Below, piece after piece: positions 18,346 to 28,370 of a stretch of DNA of 32,000 bases. How positions within the stretch are numbered: the stretch's first letter is position 1; each line of letters begins with the position of its first letter. Under the pieces are notes generated by a model, which did no database searches, was not told where the DNA came from, and saw only the letters and a program-made list of their open reading frames with translations. Source of the stretch: Pseudidiomarina andamanensis. GTDB lineage: Bacteria; Pseudomonadota; Gammaproteobacteria; Enterobacterales; Alteromonadaceae. The DNA lies in contig NZ_CP032551.1 of the NCBI RefSeq assembly GCF_009734345.1, positions 2,100,001-2,132,000 of the forward strand, read 5' to 3'. A program made the translations under genes and the position numbers.

Positions 18346-19860
18346 ATGTCAATTGATTTAACCAGCATGATCTACACCGCTGAGCAAGTGAGAGTAGGTG
18401 AGCAAGAAGCTGCTGTCGCTTGTGATGTGAGTATGGCGCAACTTATGCAGCGCGCGGCACAAGCATGTTTGGGCGCAATTCAAGCGCAACAGCCAGTTCC
18501 AGCAAGTTTACTCATTGTGTGTGGGCCGGGGAATAATGGTGGCGATGGTTGGGTTTTAGCACGTTTGGCGCAGCATGCTGGTTATAAAGTACAAGTTGCA
18601 GCGACAGCGCCACGCTCTAATCTAGCGGTACTCGCGGCACAAGCATGGCGAGACCAAGGCGGGCTAGTGCTTGAACTGGAATCATTATCTGCAGGCCATT
18701 TTCAAGGCGTTGATGTTGTTGTCGATGCGATGTTTGGCAACGGTCTGAGTCGTGACCTGACCGCACCATTTATTGATGTGGTGGAATTGATTAATCGCCA
18801 TGAAGATGACTGTTGGATTTTAAGTATCGATGTTCCTACCGGTTTAGATAGCGACACTGGCGTTGCGAAACCTACAGCTGTGCAAGCCAACTGCACGGTC
18901 ACAATGATTGCGCTGAAGGTTGGATTAGTTACCGGCGAGGCTGTGGACTATTGTGGCGATATTGTGTTGGCTGATCTCGGTATTAGTCGGGCTTTTTTCC
19001 GGACACCACCCACTTTGCGAGTTATTCAGCGCAACTTGGTGAGTGAGCACTTACAACGGCGCCGCAATTCGTCACATAAAGGCAATTATGGTCACGTATT
19101 AATTGTTGGTGGCGGTGCTGGCATGAGTGGTGCGGCATTGCTAGCTGGGCGAGCGGCATTAAGATGCGGTGCTGGCAAAGTGTCCATTGCTTGCCACCGT
19201 GATTCGCAACTCGCCATTGCAACGGCACAACCTGAATTGATGGTGCATGCCGTCGCGGATGACTTGACCGCACTGTTAGACGTGGCAACAACGGTGGTGA
19301 TTGGGCCCGGACTTGGTCAAACGGCATGGGCGAGAACACTCGTCGAACAGGTTGCTAAATGGCAGGGGCCGGTCGTATGGGATGCCGATGCTCTCAATAG
19401 TCTTGCTGTAGCCCCGTTTTCGAAGCCGACCGAAAGTGACTGGCTGTTTACCCCGCATCCCGGAGAGGCAGCGCGTCTGCTGGGCTGTACTACGCAAGAT
19501 GTTGCCGCGAACCGATTTCAAGCACTTACACAAATTTGTCAGAACTTTCAGGCGTATACACTACTCAAAGGTGCAGGAACATTAGTAAAATCGCCCCATC
19601 AAAATGACGCATGGGTATGTCGTCGAGGTTCGCCAGCTTTAGCAGTAGGTGGCAGTGGCGATGTTTTAAGCGGGGTTATCGGGGCGTTGCTCGCTCAGAA
19701 AATCCCGCTTGAACAGGTACTTGCGATAGCTGCATGGTTACACGCTGTAGCGGGCGAAAATGCTGCGCAGCGAGGAGAACGTGGTACACTACCGAGCGAT
19801 TTAATGGCCGAACTTCGCGCCCTTGTGAATCCGCACCAGTTATTGGCAACCGGTGCTTAA
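18346..19860 (+). CDS. nnr: Bifunctional NAD(P)H-hydrate repair enzyme Nnr (epimerase/dehydratase)
   Basis: 504 aa. N-terminal YjeF_N (GPGNNGGDG) and C-terminal carbohydrate-kinase-like domain (HKGNYGHVLIVGG, GSGDVLSG). Divergent from queG as in E. coli yjeS/yjeF. Confidence 0.9.
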   Translation: MSIDLTSMIYTAEQVRVGEQEAAVACDVSMAQLMQRAAQACLGAIQAQQPVPASLLIVCGPGNNGGDGWVLARLAQHAGYKVQVAATAPRSNLAVLAAQAWRDQGGLVLELESLSAGHFQGVDVVVDAMFGNGLSRDLTAPFIDVVELINRHEDDCWILSIDVPTGLDSDTGVAKPTAVQANCTVTMIALKVGLVTGEAVDYCGDIVLADLGISRAFFRTPPTLRVIQRNLVSEHLQRRRNSSHKGNYGHVLIVGGGAGMSGAALLAGRAALRCGAGKVSIACHRDSQLAIATAQPELMVHAVADDLTALLDVATTVVIGPGLGQTAWARTLVEQVAKWQGPVVWDADALNSLAVAPFSKPTESDWLFTPHPGEAARLLGCTTQDVAANRFQALTQICQNFQAYTLLKGAGTLVKSPHQNDAWVCRRGSPALAVGGSGDVLSGVIGALLAQKIPLEQVLAIAAWLHAVAGENAAQRGERGTLPSDLMAELRALVNPHQLLATGA

Positions 19861-19884
19861 AAAACGCTGAATGAGTAGGGGTTC

Positions 19885-20364
19885 ATGCACAAGCATACTT
19901 TGTTTTTAAAAGATGAAGCGGCGTTACTTAATACGGCACGCGCGCTTGCCGATGGGGTTAAAGCACACGAGAACGCATTAGCTGAGAGTGGCCTAACGAT
20001 TTATTTGTTGGGTGAGCTGGGTGCTGGGAAAACCACGTTTAGTCGCGGGTTTATTCAACAACTGGGCCATCAGGGCCACGTCAAAAGCCCAACTTACACG
20101 TTAGTTGAGAGCTATGAATTAGAGCCATGGCAAATTAATCATTTTGATTTGTACCGACTGGCAGATCCAGAAGAGCTTGAATTTATGGGCATCCGTGATT
20201 ACCTTGGAACCCATCGAATCATTTTGGCAGAATGGCCGCAACGTGGCGAAGGCTATTTACCACAGCCTGATATAATTATAACGATTGATTATGCGGACAC
20301 TGCGCGATCAATCACATTCGAAGCGCTAACAAAACGAGGTCGAGAGTTACTCGATACTATGTAA
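19885..20364 (+). CDS. tsaE: tRNA t6A37 biosynthesis ATPase TsaE
   Basis: 159 aa. Walker A GELGAGKTTFSRG, SPTYTLVESY and HFDLYRL motifs. Confidence 0.9.
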   Translation: MHKHTLFLKDEAALLNTARALADGVKAHENALAESGLTIYLLGELGAGKTTFSRGFIQQLGHQGHVKSPTYTLVESYELEPWQINHFDLYRLADPEELEFMGIRDYLGTHRIILAEWPQRGEGYLPQPDIIITIDYADTARSITFEALTKRGRELLDTM

Positions 20365-21677
20365 TGCGAAACTTTTTAGCGAAAGTGGCGGCGTTGTGCT
20401 GGCTTTTAAGCGGTGCGGCGTACGCGAATGATATTGAAAATATCCGTATCTGGCCGGCTCCGGACAACACGCGTGTTGTTTTTGACCTGAGTAGCAGCCC
20501 AGATTACAGCTATTTTACTTTATATCAGGCTCCGCCTTATCGCTTAGTCATTGACTTCAATACAACCAAACTCAACGTCGATTTAGCCAAGCTACAAAAC
20601 GAATCGTTGCTTATTAAGAAGATTCGAACGAGCACACCGAAAGATAAAAATTCAACACGTATTGTGTTAGAGCTCAGCGACAAAATTGATGCGAAAGTAT
20701 TTCCGCTTGCGGCGAATGATCGCTATGGCGAACGGTTAGTGATTGATTTGCCCGGGCGCTCAATAGAACGACGTACCGAAGCCTTAACCGTCGAGCAGTT
20801 GAAAGAACGTAAGGTAACCATTGCGATTGATGCGGGTCATGGTGGTGATGATCCTGGTTCCATTGGGCCTCGTGGCACCTATGAAAAGCATGTGGTACTC
20901 AAAATCGCCAAGGCCCTCGCTGATATCATCAATCAAGATAGCGCAATGCAAGCCTACTTAATTCGCTCAGGTGATTATTACGTCGGGCTAAAAGCACGAA
21001 CGCGTAAAGCTGAAGACATTAACGCCGATTTGTTGGTATCGATACATGCTGATGCGTTCACTAGTCCACAACCTCGTGGTGCCTCGGTATGGGTGCTTTC
21101 GACACGACGTGCAAACAACGAAATGGGTCGAATGCTCGAGGACAAAGAGCGGATGTCCGATGTGCTCGGTGGTGTCGATATGCGCGTGGAAGAAGATGAT
21201 ACCTACGGTTATATCAGTAAAACAATTTTAGATTTGAGCATGGGTCACGCCATGAGTACCGGCTATGAAATGGCGAAAGAAGTGATTGCGGAAATGAAAC
21301 GCGTTGCCCACATGCATAAACACGAACCGCAGCATGCAAGCTTGGCGGTGTTAACCTCCGGCAATGTGCCCTCGATGTTGGTTGAAACTGGGTTTATCTC
21401 GAATCCGCAAGAAGAACAGCAGTTGTTGACCAATAAACATCAGCAGCAATTAGCTCGTGCTATTTACCAGGGTGTGCGTAATTATTTCCAGCGACGACCA
21501 CCGGATGGCACGTTGTTTGCCACCAGTCGCAGCAAAACGCATATTGTCCGTTCAGGCGAGTCTTTGTCGGTTTTGGCGCAGCGTTATAACACGACAGTGA
21601 AAGCTATCAAAGAGCAAAATCGGCTCTCAAGCAACGTGCTGCACATTGGTCAAAAGTTAGAAATTCCATCGTCATAA
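20364..21677 (+). CDS. amiB: N-acetylmuramoyl-L-alanine amidase AmiB (AMIN + Amidase_3 + C-terminal LysM)
   Basis: Signal peptide, AMIN domain (IRIWPAPDNTRVVFDL), amidase_3 core (IDAGHGGDDPG, SIHADA, VETGFISNP) and a LysM-like tail (HIVRSGESLSVLAQRYN). Its start overlaps the tsaE stop as TAATG. Confidence 0.92.
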   Translation: MRNFLAKVAALCWLLSGAAYANDIENIRIWPAPDNTRVVFDLSSSPDYSYFTLYQAPPYRLVIDFNTTKLNVDLAKLQNESLLIKKIRTSTPKDKNSTRIVLELSDKIDAKVFPLAANDRYGERLVIDLPGRSIERRTEALTVEQLKERKVTIAIDAGHGGDDPGSIGPRGTYEKHVVLKIAKALADIINQDSAMQAYLIRSGDYYVGLKARTRKAEDINADLLVSIHADAFTSPQPRGASVWVLSTRRANNEMGRMLEDKERMSDVLGGVDMRVEEDDTYGYISKTILDLSMGHAMSTGYEMAKEVIAEMKRVAHMHKHEPQHASLAVLTSGNVPSMLVETGFISNPQEEQQLLTNKHQQQLARAIYQGVRNYFQRRPPDGTLFATSRSKTHIVRSGESLSVLAQRYNTTVKAIKEQNRLSSNVLHIGQKLEIPSS

Positions 21678-21692
21678 TATTAGGTTTCGGTC

Positions 21693-23414
21693 ATGCCTAT
21701 TCAATTACTGCCGATTAGTCTGGCGAACCAGATTGCGGCAGGTGAAGTTATCGAGCGCCCTGCATCAGTCGTAAAAGAATTGGTGGAAAATTGTCTGGAT
21801 GCAGGGGCATCACAAGTCACTATCGACATCGAACAGGGCGGGCGGCGCCGCATTCGTGTGCGCGACAACGGTAATGGCATTCCGCGCGATGAGCTGGCAC
21901 TGGCGTTGAGTCGTCATGCAACCAGCAAAATTAGCTCGTTGAGTGATTTAGAAGCCATTCAAAGCCTAGGTTTTCGGGGCGAAGCGTTGGCAAGTATTAG
22001 TTCCGTCTCGCGCCTGACGCTCACGTCAAAAACACCAGAACAAGAGCAAGCGTGGCAAGCATGGGTTGAAGGCCGTGATATGCAGGCTGAGTTAGCTCCG
22101 GCAAGTCATCCGCAAGGCACCACGGTGGATGTACAAGATTTGTTCTTTAATACGCCGGCTCGGCGAAAATTTTTGCGCACCGATAAAACTGAATTTAGCC
22201 ATATTGATGAAGTATTGCGACGTATTGCGCTGGCTCGTTTTGACGTGCGCTTTCAACTCCTACACAACGACAAAATAGTCCGTCAATATGCTGCGGTACA
22301 AACGCCTGAGCAATATATTAAGCGCGTGGGGCAGGTGTGTGGCGGTAGCTTTACCGATCAAGTGATATCGATTGATGAGCAATCCGGTCCTGTAAGACTA
22401 TGGGGTTGGGTGGCTCCAGCACATGCATGTCGCCACCAAGCGGACGTGCAGTACTTCTATGTGAATGGCCGCATGATGCGTGATCGCTTGTTAGGTCATG
22501 CGGTGCGGCAAGCCTATGGTGATAGTTTGGGCGAAGATCGAGCGCCCACCTTTGTTTTATACCTTGAATTACCAGCACAAGATGTCGATGTGAATGTGCA
22601 TCCTGCGAAACACGAAGTGCGCTTTCATCAAGCACGGCAAATTCATGATTTTGTTTTGGCTAGTGTGCGTCAGGCATTCACTGCACAGCAGCCACAGTCT
22701 GCTGCGGAACCGACAAACCGTAGTCAACATGGCTATACCGCCAGTAACGAAGCGCTGGCGCAGCAAGTGCGAGAATTACAGCCGCAACATCGCGAAATTT
22801 TTCCAACGCGGCCGACAGTTTCGCCTTCGGCCGTCGCCGATTACGCAAACTTTGCAACGCCAACAAAAGCTCCGGCAGACGTTAGTGCACGTGTCGAGAC
22901 GTCAATAGCCGACAGTAAAGTACTAACTATTGTTCAGCAACGCTTCGCGCTGGTTGAGCATGAATCGTTGGCGTTGTTGAATTTGCAGCAGGTTCAGCAC
23001 CACTATTTGCAGCAACAGTTCAGTCAGCAGGCTAAAATTGGACTGGCAGGACAACCTTTGTTAATACCGGTGAAACTTACCGATTCTGATATTGTGACCG
23101 CGCTCAAGTCTGTTGATATGAAAGAGCTCGCGTTATTAGGAATTCGGCTAGAGTGCGCGAAGCAGTCAGTTACCGTTTTAGATGTGCCTTCGGCGCTACG
23201 ACAGACTGACATTGCATCGAGTATGCGAATGCTGGTATCGAAGCTAAACAATCACCAAGAGCTGATTGCTTGGTTGGCGCTTCATCAAGTGCAATCGAAT
23301 TATTCGTTGGCGCAGGCTGAACACTGGCTGCAATACGCACGAGATCTTAATGACTGCCCTGCGTCATTCTGGCTGGCGGTATCGTTACCATCACTACCAG
23401 AGGCGCTAAGATGA
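21693..23414 (+). CDS. mutL: DNA mismatch repair protein MutL
   Basis: 573 aa. GHKL ATPase N-terminus ([41 protein letters not shown]) followed by a variable linker and a dimerisation domain. Confidence 0.93.
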   Translation: MPIQLLPISLANQIAAGEVIERPASVVKELVENCLDAGASQVTIDIEQGGRRRIRVRDNGNGIPRDELALALSRHATSKISSLSDLEAIQSLGFRGEALASISSVSRLTLTSKTPEQEQAWQAWVEGRDMQAELAPASHPQGTTVDVQDLFFNTPARRKFLRTDKTEFSHIDEVLRRIALARFDVRFQLLHNDKIVRQYAAVQTPEQYIKRVGQVCGGSFTDQVISIDEQSGPVRLWGWVAPAHACRHQADVQYFYVNGRMMRDRLLGHAVRQAYGDSLGEDRAPTFVLYLELPAQDVDVNVHPAKHEVRFHQARQIHDFVLASVRQAFTAQQPQSAAEPTNRSQHGYTASNEALAQQVRELQPQHREIFPTRPTVSPSAVADYANFATPTKAPADVSARVETSIADSKVLTIVQQRFALVEHESLALLNLQQVQHHYLQQQFSQQAKIGLAGQPLLIPVKLTDSDIVTALKSVDMKELALLGIRLECAKQSVTVLDVPSALRQTDIASSMRMLVSKLNNHQELIAWLALHQVQSNYSLAQAEHWLQYARDLNDCPASFWLAVSLPSLPEALR

Positions 23415-24367
23415 ACAAACCTTATGTGATTTGTCTTTACGGGCCGACAGCTGCAGGAAAAACAGGTTTGGCGATTGCGCTCACGCAACACTTACCGTGC
23501 GATATTATCTCTGTTGATTCAGCGCTGATTTACCGTGGTATGGATATCGGCACAGCGAAGCCAACGGTCGAAGAGTTAGCGCAAGCACCGCACCGACTCA
23601 TTAATATTTGTGACCCGGCCGAAAGCTATTCGGCGGCGCAGTTTGCGGCCGATGCACGTCGAGAAATCGATAGCATTATTGCCGCTGGCCGAATTCCGCT
23701 GTTGGTTGGCGGCACCATGTTGTATTTCAAAGCCTTGCTTGAAGGTATGTCAAAATTACCTGAAGCTGATGCCACAATTCGCGCGCAACTGACCCAAGAG
23801 TTAGAACAGAAAGGCAGCGAGGCGCTACACGCCGAGTTGCAACAGATTGATCCGCAAAGCGCACAGCGTATTCACCCGAATGACCCACAACGATTATTGC
23901 GTGCGCTGGAGGTGTACCGAATTAGCGGAAAACCAATCTCGGAGCTTACCGCTGAGCGTCATGGAGCATTACCATACCCAATTATTCAAATGGCAGTTGC
24001 GCCAAGTGATCGGGCGGTGTTGCATGAACGTATTGCGTTAAGATTTCGTCAAATGGTTGAACAAGGCTTCATTGAAGAGGTCGAACAACTACGACAACGG
24101 TCGGATTTACATATCGATATGCCTTCGATACGTTGTGTCGGATACCGTCAAGCTTGGCAGTACCTTGATGGTGAGTTTGATTTTGAAGAAATGATTAACC
24201 GTGGCATTTTTGCGACCCGGCAATTGGCAAAACGCCAATTAACGTGGTTACGGAAATGGCCTGATGTTCATTGGTTGGAAACAGAATCACCGACGTTGGT
24301 TCAACAAGCGTTAGCTATTTGTGCGGAACCGCCGAAGTTATTTACACAAAACAACCTTGAAAACTAA
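23411..24367 (+). CDS. miaA: tRNA dimethylallyltransferase MiaA
   Basis: 318 aa. GPTAAGKT P-loop, [19 protein letters not shown]. Its start overlaps the mutL stop as ATGA. Confidence 0.93.
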   Translation: MNKPYVICLYGPTAAGKTGLAIALTQHLPCDIISVDSALIYRGMDIGTAKPTVEELAQAPHRLINICDPAESYSAAQFAADARREIDSIIAAGRIPLLVGGTMLYFKALLEGMSKLPEADATIRAQLTQELEQKGSEALHAELQQIDPQSAQRIHPNDPQRLLRALEVYRISGKPISELTAERHGALPYPIIQMAVAPSDRAVLHERIALRFRQMVEQGFIEEVEQLRQRSDLHIDMPSIRCVGYRQAWQYLDGEFDFEEMINRGIFATRQLAKRQLTWLRKWPDVHWLETESPTLVQQALAICAEPPKLFTQNNLEN

Positions 24368-24486
24368 AACATTCACCTTATATTCAGTATAAGCTGAAAT
24401 AAAATAGACCAAGCTGTGAAATTGCGGGAATTCATCTATATTAGAAGTGACTGGCATGAGCGGGCGGTAAGATGTTGCTAGACACA

Positions 24487-24513
24487 AACAATAACAAAAA
24501 AGGAAATAAGAAT
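24487..24513 (+). promoter_or_regulatory. A-rich (AAN)5-GGA-(AAN)3 tract covering the hfq ribosome-binding site (candidate Hfq autoregulatory site)
   Basis: Read directly: AAC AAT AAC AAA AAA GGA AAT AAG AAT, then the ATG at 24514. The triplets are in register with the start codon. Confidence 0.5.
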
Positions 24514-24765
24514 ATGGCTAAGGGGCAAACATTACAGGACCCGTTTTTGAATGCGTTGCGCCGTGAGCGCGTTCCGGTGTCAATTTACCTAGTTAATGGA
24601 ATTAAACTGCAAGGCCAAATCGAATCATTTGACCAGTTTGTTATTTTATTAAAGAACACCGTAAGCCAAATGGTTTACAAACATGCAATCTCGACTGTTG
24701 TTCCGGCGCGTATTCCGCAGAACTACTTGCCAATTGGCGAGAACAGCGAAGAGGCAATTGATTAA
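24514..24765 (+). CDS. hfq: RNA chaperone Hfq
   Basis: [64 protein letters not shown] is near-identical to E. coli Hfq. 83 aa with a short C-terminal tail. The ORF-track start at 24472 is a spurious extension. Confidence 0.96.
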   Translation: MAKGQTLQDPFLNALRRERVPVSIYLVNGIKLQGQIESFDQFVILLKNTVSQMVYKHAISTVVPARIPQNYLPIGENSEEAID

Positions 24766-24792
24766 AGCAACCAAGTAAGGAGCAGTGATAGC

Positions 24793-26088
24793 TTGTTTGA
24801 TAGGTTTGAAAGTGGTGAGCGGGCTATCCTGGTCCACGTTGATTTCCCTGCCGAAATCGATCGTGAAGATCTCTCTGAACTTCAATTATTAGTTTCCTCA
24901 GCCGGTGTCGAAACACTCGGCGTGGTGACCGCCTCACGGAGCACTCCAAGCTCCAAGTATTTTGTAGGTTCTGGTAAAGCGGAAGAAATTGCCGATCAAG
25001 TTAAGTTGCTTGATGCCAATATTGTGATATTCAATCACAGTTTGAGCCCTACCCAAGAACGTAACCTCGAAAAGCTTTGTGAGTGTCGGGTACTTGACCG
25101 TACCGGGCTCATACTTGATATCTTCGCCCAACGTGCACGAACTCATGAGGGTAAACTGCAGGTTGAATTGGCGCAGCTTCGCCATATATCCACGCGATTG
25201 GTTCGAGGCTGGACTCACTTAGAGCGTCAAAAAGGTGGTATCGGTTTGCGTGGTCCTGGTGAAACTCAGTTAGAAACCGACCGCCGTTTAATTCGTGGGC
25301 GTATCAAGAATATTTTAGGCCGCCTAGAGAAAGTCCAGAAGCAACGTGAGCAAGGACGACGAGCTCGTCAGCGTGCCGAGATTCCAACCGTTTCGTTAGT
25401 AGGTTATACCAACGCAGGTAAATCAACGCTGTTTAATCGCATTACGGAATCACAAGTTTATGCGGCTGACCAATTGTTCGCGACACTGGATCCGACGCTA
25501 CGAAAATTAGAGTTGCCCGATGTTGGCTCAATCATCTTAGCCGATACCGTAGGTTTCATTCGCCACTTGCCGCACGAGCTCGTCGCAGCGTTTAAAGCGA
25601 CCTTACAAGAAACCCAAGAAGCCGATTTGCTGTTGCATGTGATTGATATAGCCGATGAACGTCAGGCTGAAAATATGCAGCAAGTGCAGGATGTATTGCA
25701 CGAAATTGGTGCGGATGAAATTCCACAATTACTCATTTGTAACAAGATTGATAAACTTGCAGACGGTTCCGCACGTATAGATACCAACGATGAAGGTTTA
25801 CCGATACGTGTCTGGTTGTCAGCACAAACTGGCGACGGAATTGATTTGTTACAACAAGCCTTAGTGCAACGGTTGCGCCCAAGGATGGTTGACGTATCCT
25901 TACGAATTCCGCCATCAATGGGCAAATTACGTGGTAAGCTGTATGCGATGAAGAGCGTTACCGGTGAGGAAGCTCGCGATGATGGCCAGTTGGCTCTGCA
26001 TGTGCGAATGTCCGCAGTTGACTGGCAACGCTTGAGTAAACAAGTCGCCGAAGAGTATGGCGATAGCTTGCAAGGCTTTGTAGAATAG
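24793..26088 (+). CDS. hflX: Ribosome-associated GTPase HflX
   Basis: TTG start giving MFDRFESGE..., which matches E. coli HflX MFDRYDAGE. An AAGGAG Shine-Dalgarno sequence lies about 10 nt upstream. GYTNAGKSTLFN and DTVGFI G-motifs. Confidence 0.93.
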   Translation: MFDRFESGERAILVHVDFPAEIDREDLSELQLLVSSAGVETLGVVTASRSTPSSKYFVGSGKAEEIADQVKLLDANIVIFNHSLSPTQERNLEKLCECRVLDRTGLILDIFAQRARTHEGKLQVELAQLRHISTRLVRGWTHLERQKGGIGLRGPGETQLETDRRLIRGRIKNILGRLEKVQKQREQGRRARQRAEIPTVSLVGYTNAGKSTLFNRITESQVYAADQLFATLDPTLRKLELPDVGSIILADTVGFIRHLPHELVAAFKATLQETQEADLLLHVIDIADERQAENMQQVQDVLHEIGADEIPQLLICNKIDKLADGSARIDTNDEGLPIRVWLSAQTGDGIDLLQQALVQRLRPRMVDVSLRIPPSMGKLRGKLYAMKSVTGEEARDDGQLALHVRMSAVDWQRLSKQVAEEYGDSLQGFVE

Positions 26089-26142
26089 TTGCAACATATT
26101 TAATAAAACATATTTATAAACTACCCAGAGTTGGAGTAATCA

Positions 26143-27330
26143 ATGGCCTGGAATCAACCGGGAAACGGTAATAATAATGACCGTGATCCATGGAAAAACC
26201 AAGGCGGCCGCGATCAAGGTCCGCCTGACTTAGATGAAGCGATTCGTAACTTGCTTGGCAAGTTAGGTCTTGGTGGCAATAAAGGTAATGGCGGCGGCGC
26301 GAACAAAAGCGGTGGTGGTATTCCATCGCGCGGAATCGGCGTTATCGTCATTCTCGCTGTTGTCATTTGGTTCATTGCTGGTTTTTATACTGTCAAAGAA
26401 GCTGAACGCGGCGTTGTCTTACGTTTTGGTCAATACCACAACTTAGTTGAGTCTGGTTTGCACTGGCGGCCATTCTTAGTCGATACCGTAGAGACGGTTG
26501 ACGTTAGCAACGTACAACAGTTCCAATCGGAAGGCTTCATGTTGACGCAAGATGAGAACGTGGTGCATGTTGAGTTAGACGTGCAATATCGTATCGTCAA
26601 TCCACGCGACTATTTGTTTGCGGTTGAAAATGCTGACCGTAGTCTGGCGCAAGCCACCGACAGTGCATTACGTTTTGTTGTGGGCCATACCACCATGGAT
26701 GAAGTGTTGACGGTTGGTCGTGAAAGCGTTCGTCAAAACACCTTGGAGCTATTGGAAAACATTATTGCACCTTACCAATTGGGTATTCAGGTGGTTGATG
26801 TGAACTTACTTCCAGCGCGTCCACCTGAAGCAGTAAAAGATGCTTTCGATGATGCCATTGCGGCACAGGAAGATGAGCAACGTTTCATTCGTGAAGCCGA
26901 AGCTTATGCACGTGAAATTGAGCCACTTGCCCGTGGTCAAGTTCGTCGTATCTTGCAAGAAGCACAAGCTTATCGTGAACAAACCGTGTTAAAAGCGCAG
27001 GGTGAGGTAGCACGTTTTAACGAACTCTTACCTCAGTACAAAGATGCGCCTGTGGTAACGCGCGAACGTTTGTATCTTGAAACACTTGAGAAAATTTACA
27101 GCAACACAGCCAAGGTTATGGTTGATGTTGAAGGCAGCAATAACATGATGTACTTGCCGCTTGATAAAATTCTTGAGAAGCAGCGAGCTACGCAGGAGCC
27201 TGCTCGTAATGAAGCTCAGAGCACGAATTCAAGCCCAACGCGTAGCTCAAGCAATACAGAGTCGAGCAACTCGTCACGCTCAAATAACAGCGTTCGCACC
27301 AGCGACCGCTTCAACGATGGTCGGGGGTAA
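26143..27330 (+). CDS. hflK: FtsH protease modulator HflK
   Basis: 395 aa. MAWNQPGNG... G/N-rich N-terminus, one TM segment, an SPFH/band-7 domain and an S/N-rich tail. Confidence 0.93.
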   Translation: MAWNQPGNGNNNDRDPWKNQGGRDQGPPDLDEAIRNLLGKLGLGGNKGNGGGANKSGGGIPSRGIGVIVILAVVIWFIAGFYTVKEAERGVVLRFGQYHNLVESGLHWRPFLVDTVETVDVSNVQQFQSEGFMLTQDENVVHVELDVQYRIVNPRDYLFAVENADRSLAQATDSALRFVVGHTTMDEVLTVGRESVRQNTLELLENIIAPYQLGIQVVDVNLLPARPPEAVKDAFDDAIAAQEDEQRFIREAEAYAREIEPLARGQVRRILQEAQAYREQTVLKAQGEVARFNELLPQYKDAPVVTRERLYLETLEKIYSNTAKVMVDVEGSNNMMYLPLDKILEKQRATQEPARNEAQSTNSSPTRSSSNTESSNSSRSNNSVRTSDRFNDGRG

Positions 27331-27333
27331 ACG

Positions 27334-28218
27334 ATGAAAAACTTTGTAGCTGTATTAGTTATCGTCGCTGTTGTACTCGGCTTCTCGTCAGTATTTGTCG
27401 TGAAGGAAGGCCAGCGCGCCATTGTTGTCCAGTTTGGTAAAGTATTACGTGACGCCGATACTGGCGAAGCAACCGTATATGCACCAGGCTTGCACTTCAA
27501 ATTACCATTCATTGAAGACGTGAAGCGTCTAGATGCACGCTTCAAAACGCTTGATGGTAATCCGGATCGCTTTGTAACCAGCGAGAAGAAAGACTTAATT
27601 GTTGATACCTATGTAAAATGGCGTATCTCTGATTTCGCGACGTACTACTTGTCAACTAATGGTGGTAACCAAGCACAAGCAGAAGCGCTTTTGACGCGTC
27701 GTGTAAGCAGTGGTCTTCGTGCTGAATTTGGTAGTCGCACCATTAAAGAAATTGTCTCTGGTGAGCGTGATAACCTCATGCGCGAGGCACTAATTCGTGG
27801 TGCTGACAGTGCGCAAGAGCTAGGTATTGAAGTGATTGATGTTCGCGTCATGCAAATTAATTTGCCGACCGAAGTCAGCCAATCAATTTTCCAGCGTATG
27901 CGTGCAGAGCGTCAAGCTGTTGCGATGGAACACCGCTCAGAGGGTCGTGAACAAGCTGAGTTTATTCGTGCTGATGTTGATGCGCGGGTAACGGTTATGC
28001 TTGCTGATGCGGAACGTGAGTCACGTCAGTTGCGTGGTCAGGGTGACGCTGAAGCCGCTGGTATTTATGCTGGTGCGTATAGCAAAGATCCAGAGTTCTT
28101 CTCGTTCATTCGTAGCCTTCAGGCTTATGAAAAAAGCTTTGAAGCTGGTAACGATGTCTTGGTTCTTGAGCCAGACAGTGACTTCTTCAAATATCTAAAC
28201 AAAGCGACTGCAAATTAA
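27334..28218 (+). CDS. hflC: FtsH protease modulator HflC
   Basis: 294 aa. N-terminal TM segment, then an SPFH domain (VVKEGQRAIVVQFGKV). Starts 3 nt after the hflK stop. Confidence 0.93.
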   Translation: MKNFVAVLVIVAVVLGFSSVFVVKEGQRAIVVQFGKVLRDADTGEATVYAPGLHFKLPFIEDVKRLDARFKTLDGNPDRFVTSEKKDLIVDTYVKWRISDFATYYLSTNGGNQAQAEALLTRRVSSGLRAEFGSRTIKEIVSGERDNLMREALIRGADSAQELGIEVIDVRVMQINLPTEVSQSIFQRMRAERQAVAMEHRSEGREQAEFIRADVDARVTVMLADAERESRQLRGQGDAEAAGIYAGAYSKDPEFFSFIRSLQAYEKSFEAGNDVLVLEPDSDFFKYLNKATAN

Positions 28219-28229
28219 GAGCAAGAGCG

Positions 28230-28257
28230 ATATTAGCTATTAGATATTGGATATTAG
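28230..28257. repeat. Four tandem degenerate heptamers (ATATTAG CTATTAG ATATTGG ATATTAG)
   Basis: Read directly. The array begins 12 nt after the hflC stop codon and ends 1 nt before the terminator stem. Confidence 0.8.
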
Positions 28258-28258
28258 G

Positions 28259-28291
28259 AACCCGCGGTTGTCCCGCGGGTTTTTTGTGTTT
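28259..28291 (+). terminator. Rho-independent terminator of the hfq-hflXKC operon
   Basis: AACCCGCGG-TTGTC-CCGCGGGTT: a 9-bp stem followed by TTTTGTGTTT. The minus-strand version has only a 2-nt T tail, so it is effectively unidirectional. Confidence 0.85.
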
Positions 28292-28300
28292 ACTCTCTGA

Positions 28301-28370
28301 CGAATAACGAATAACGAATAACGAATAACGAATAACGAATAACGAATAACGAATAACGAATAACGAATAA
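28301..28370. repeat. Perfect heptanucleotide microsatellite (CGAATAA)x10
   Basis: 70 nt of uninterrupted CGAATAA units, with a partial GA before and a partial CG after. It ends 13 nt upstream of the ATG at 28384. Confidence 0.97.

Noticed and set aside
24379-24395. Small palindrome CTTATA-TTCAG-TATAAG just after the miaA stop.
   Set aside because: It is a 6-bp AT-rich stem with no U-tract, and hfq is known to be co-transcribed with miaA as well as from internal promoters. It is too weak to call a terminator or operator.
24472-24513. N-terminal extensions suggested by the ORF track for hfq (24472), cysQ (8430), envZ (5146), queG (18288), DUF1415 (13599), yheV (11522) and the lipoprotein ORF (16989).
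   Set aside because: The internal starts match ortholog N-termini, have better Shine-Dalgarno spacing, and remove overlaps with upstream genes. The extensions add non-homologous residues.
28301-28370. Possibility that the repeat array is a CRISPR array.
   Set aside because: The units are 7 nt long and directly abutting, with no spacers, and no cas genes are present in the window. It is a microsatellite.
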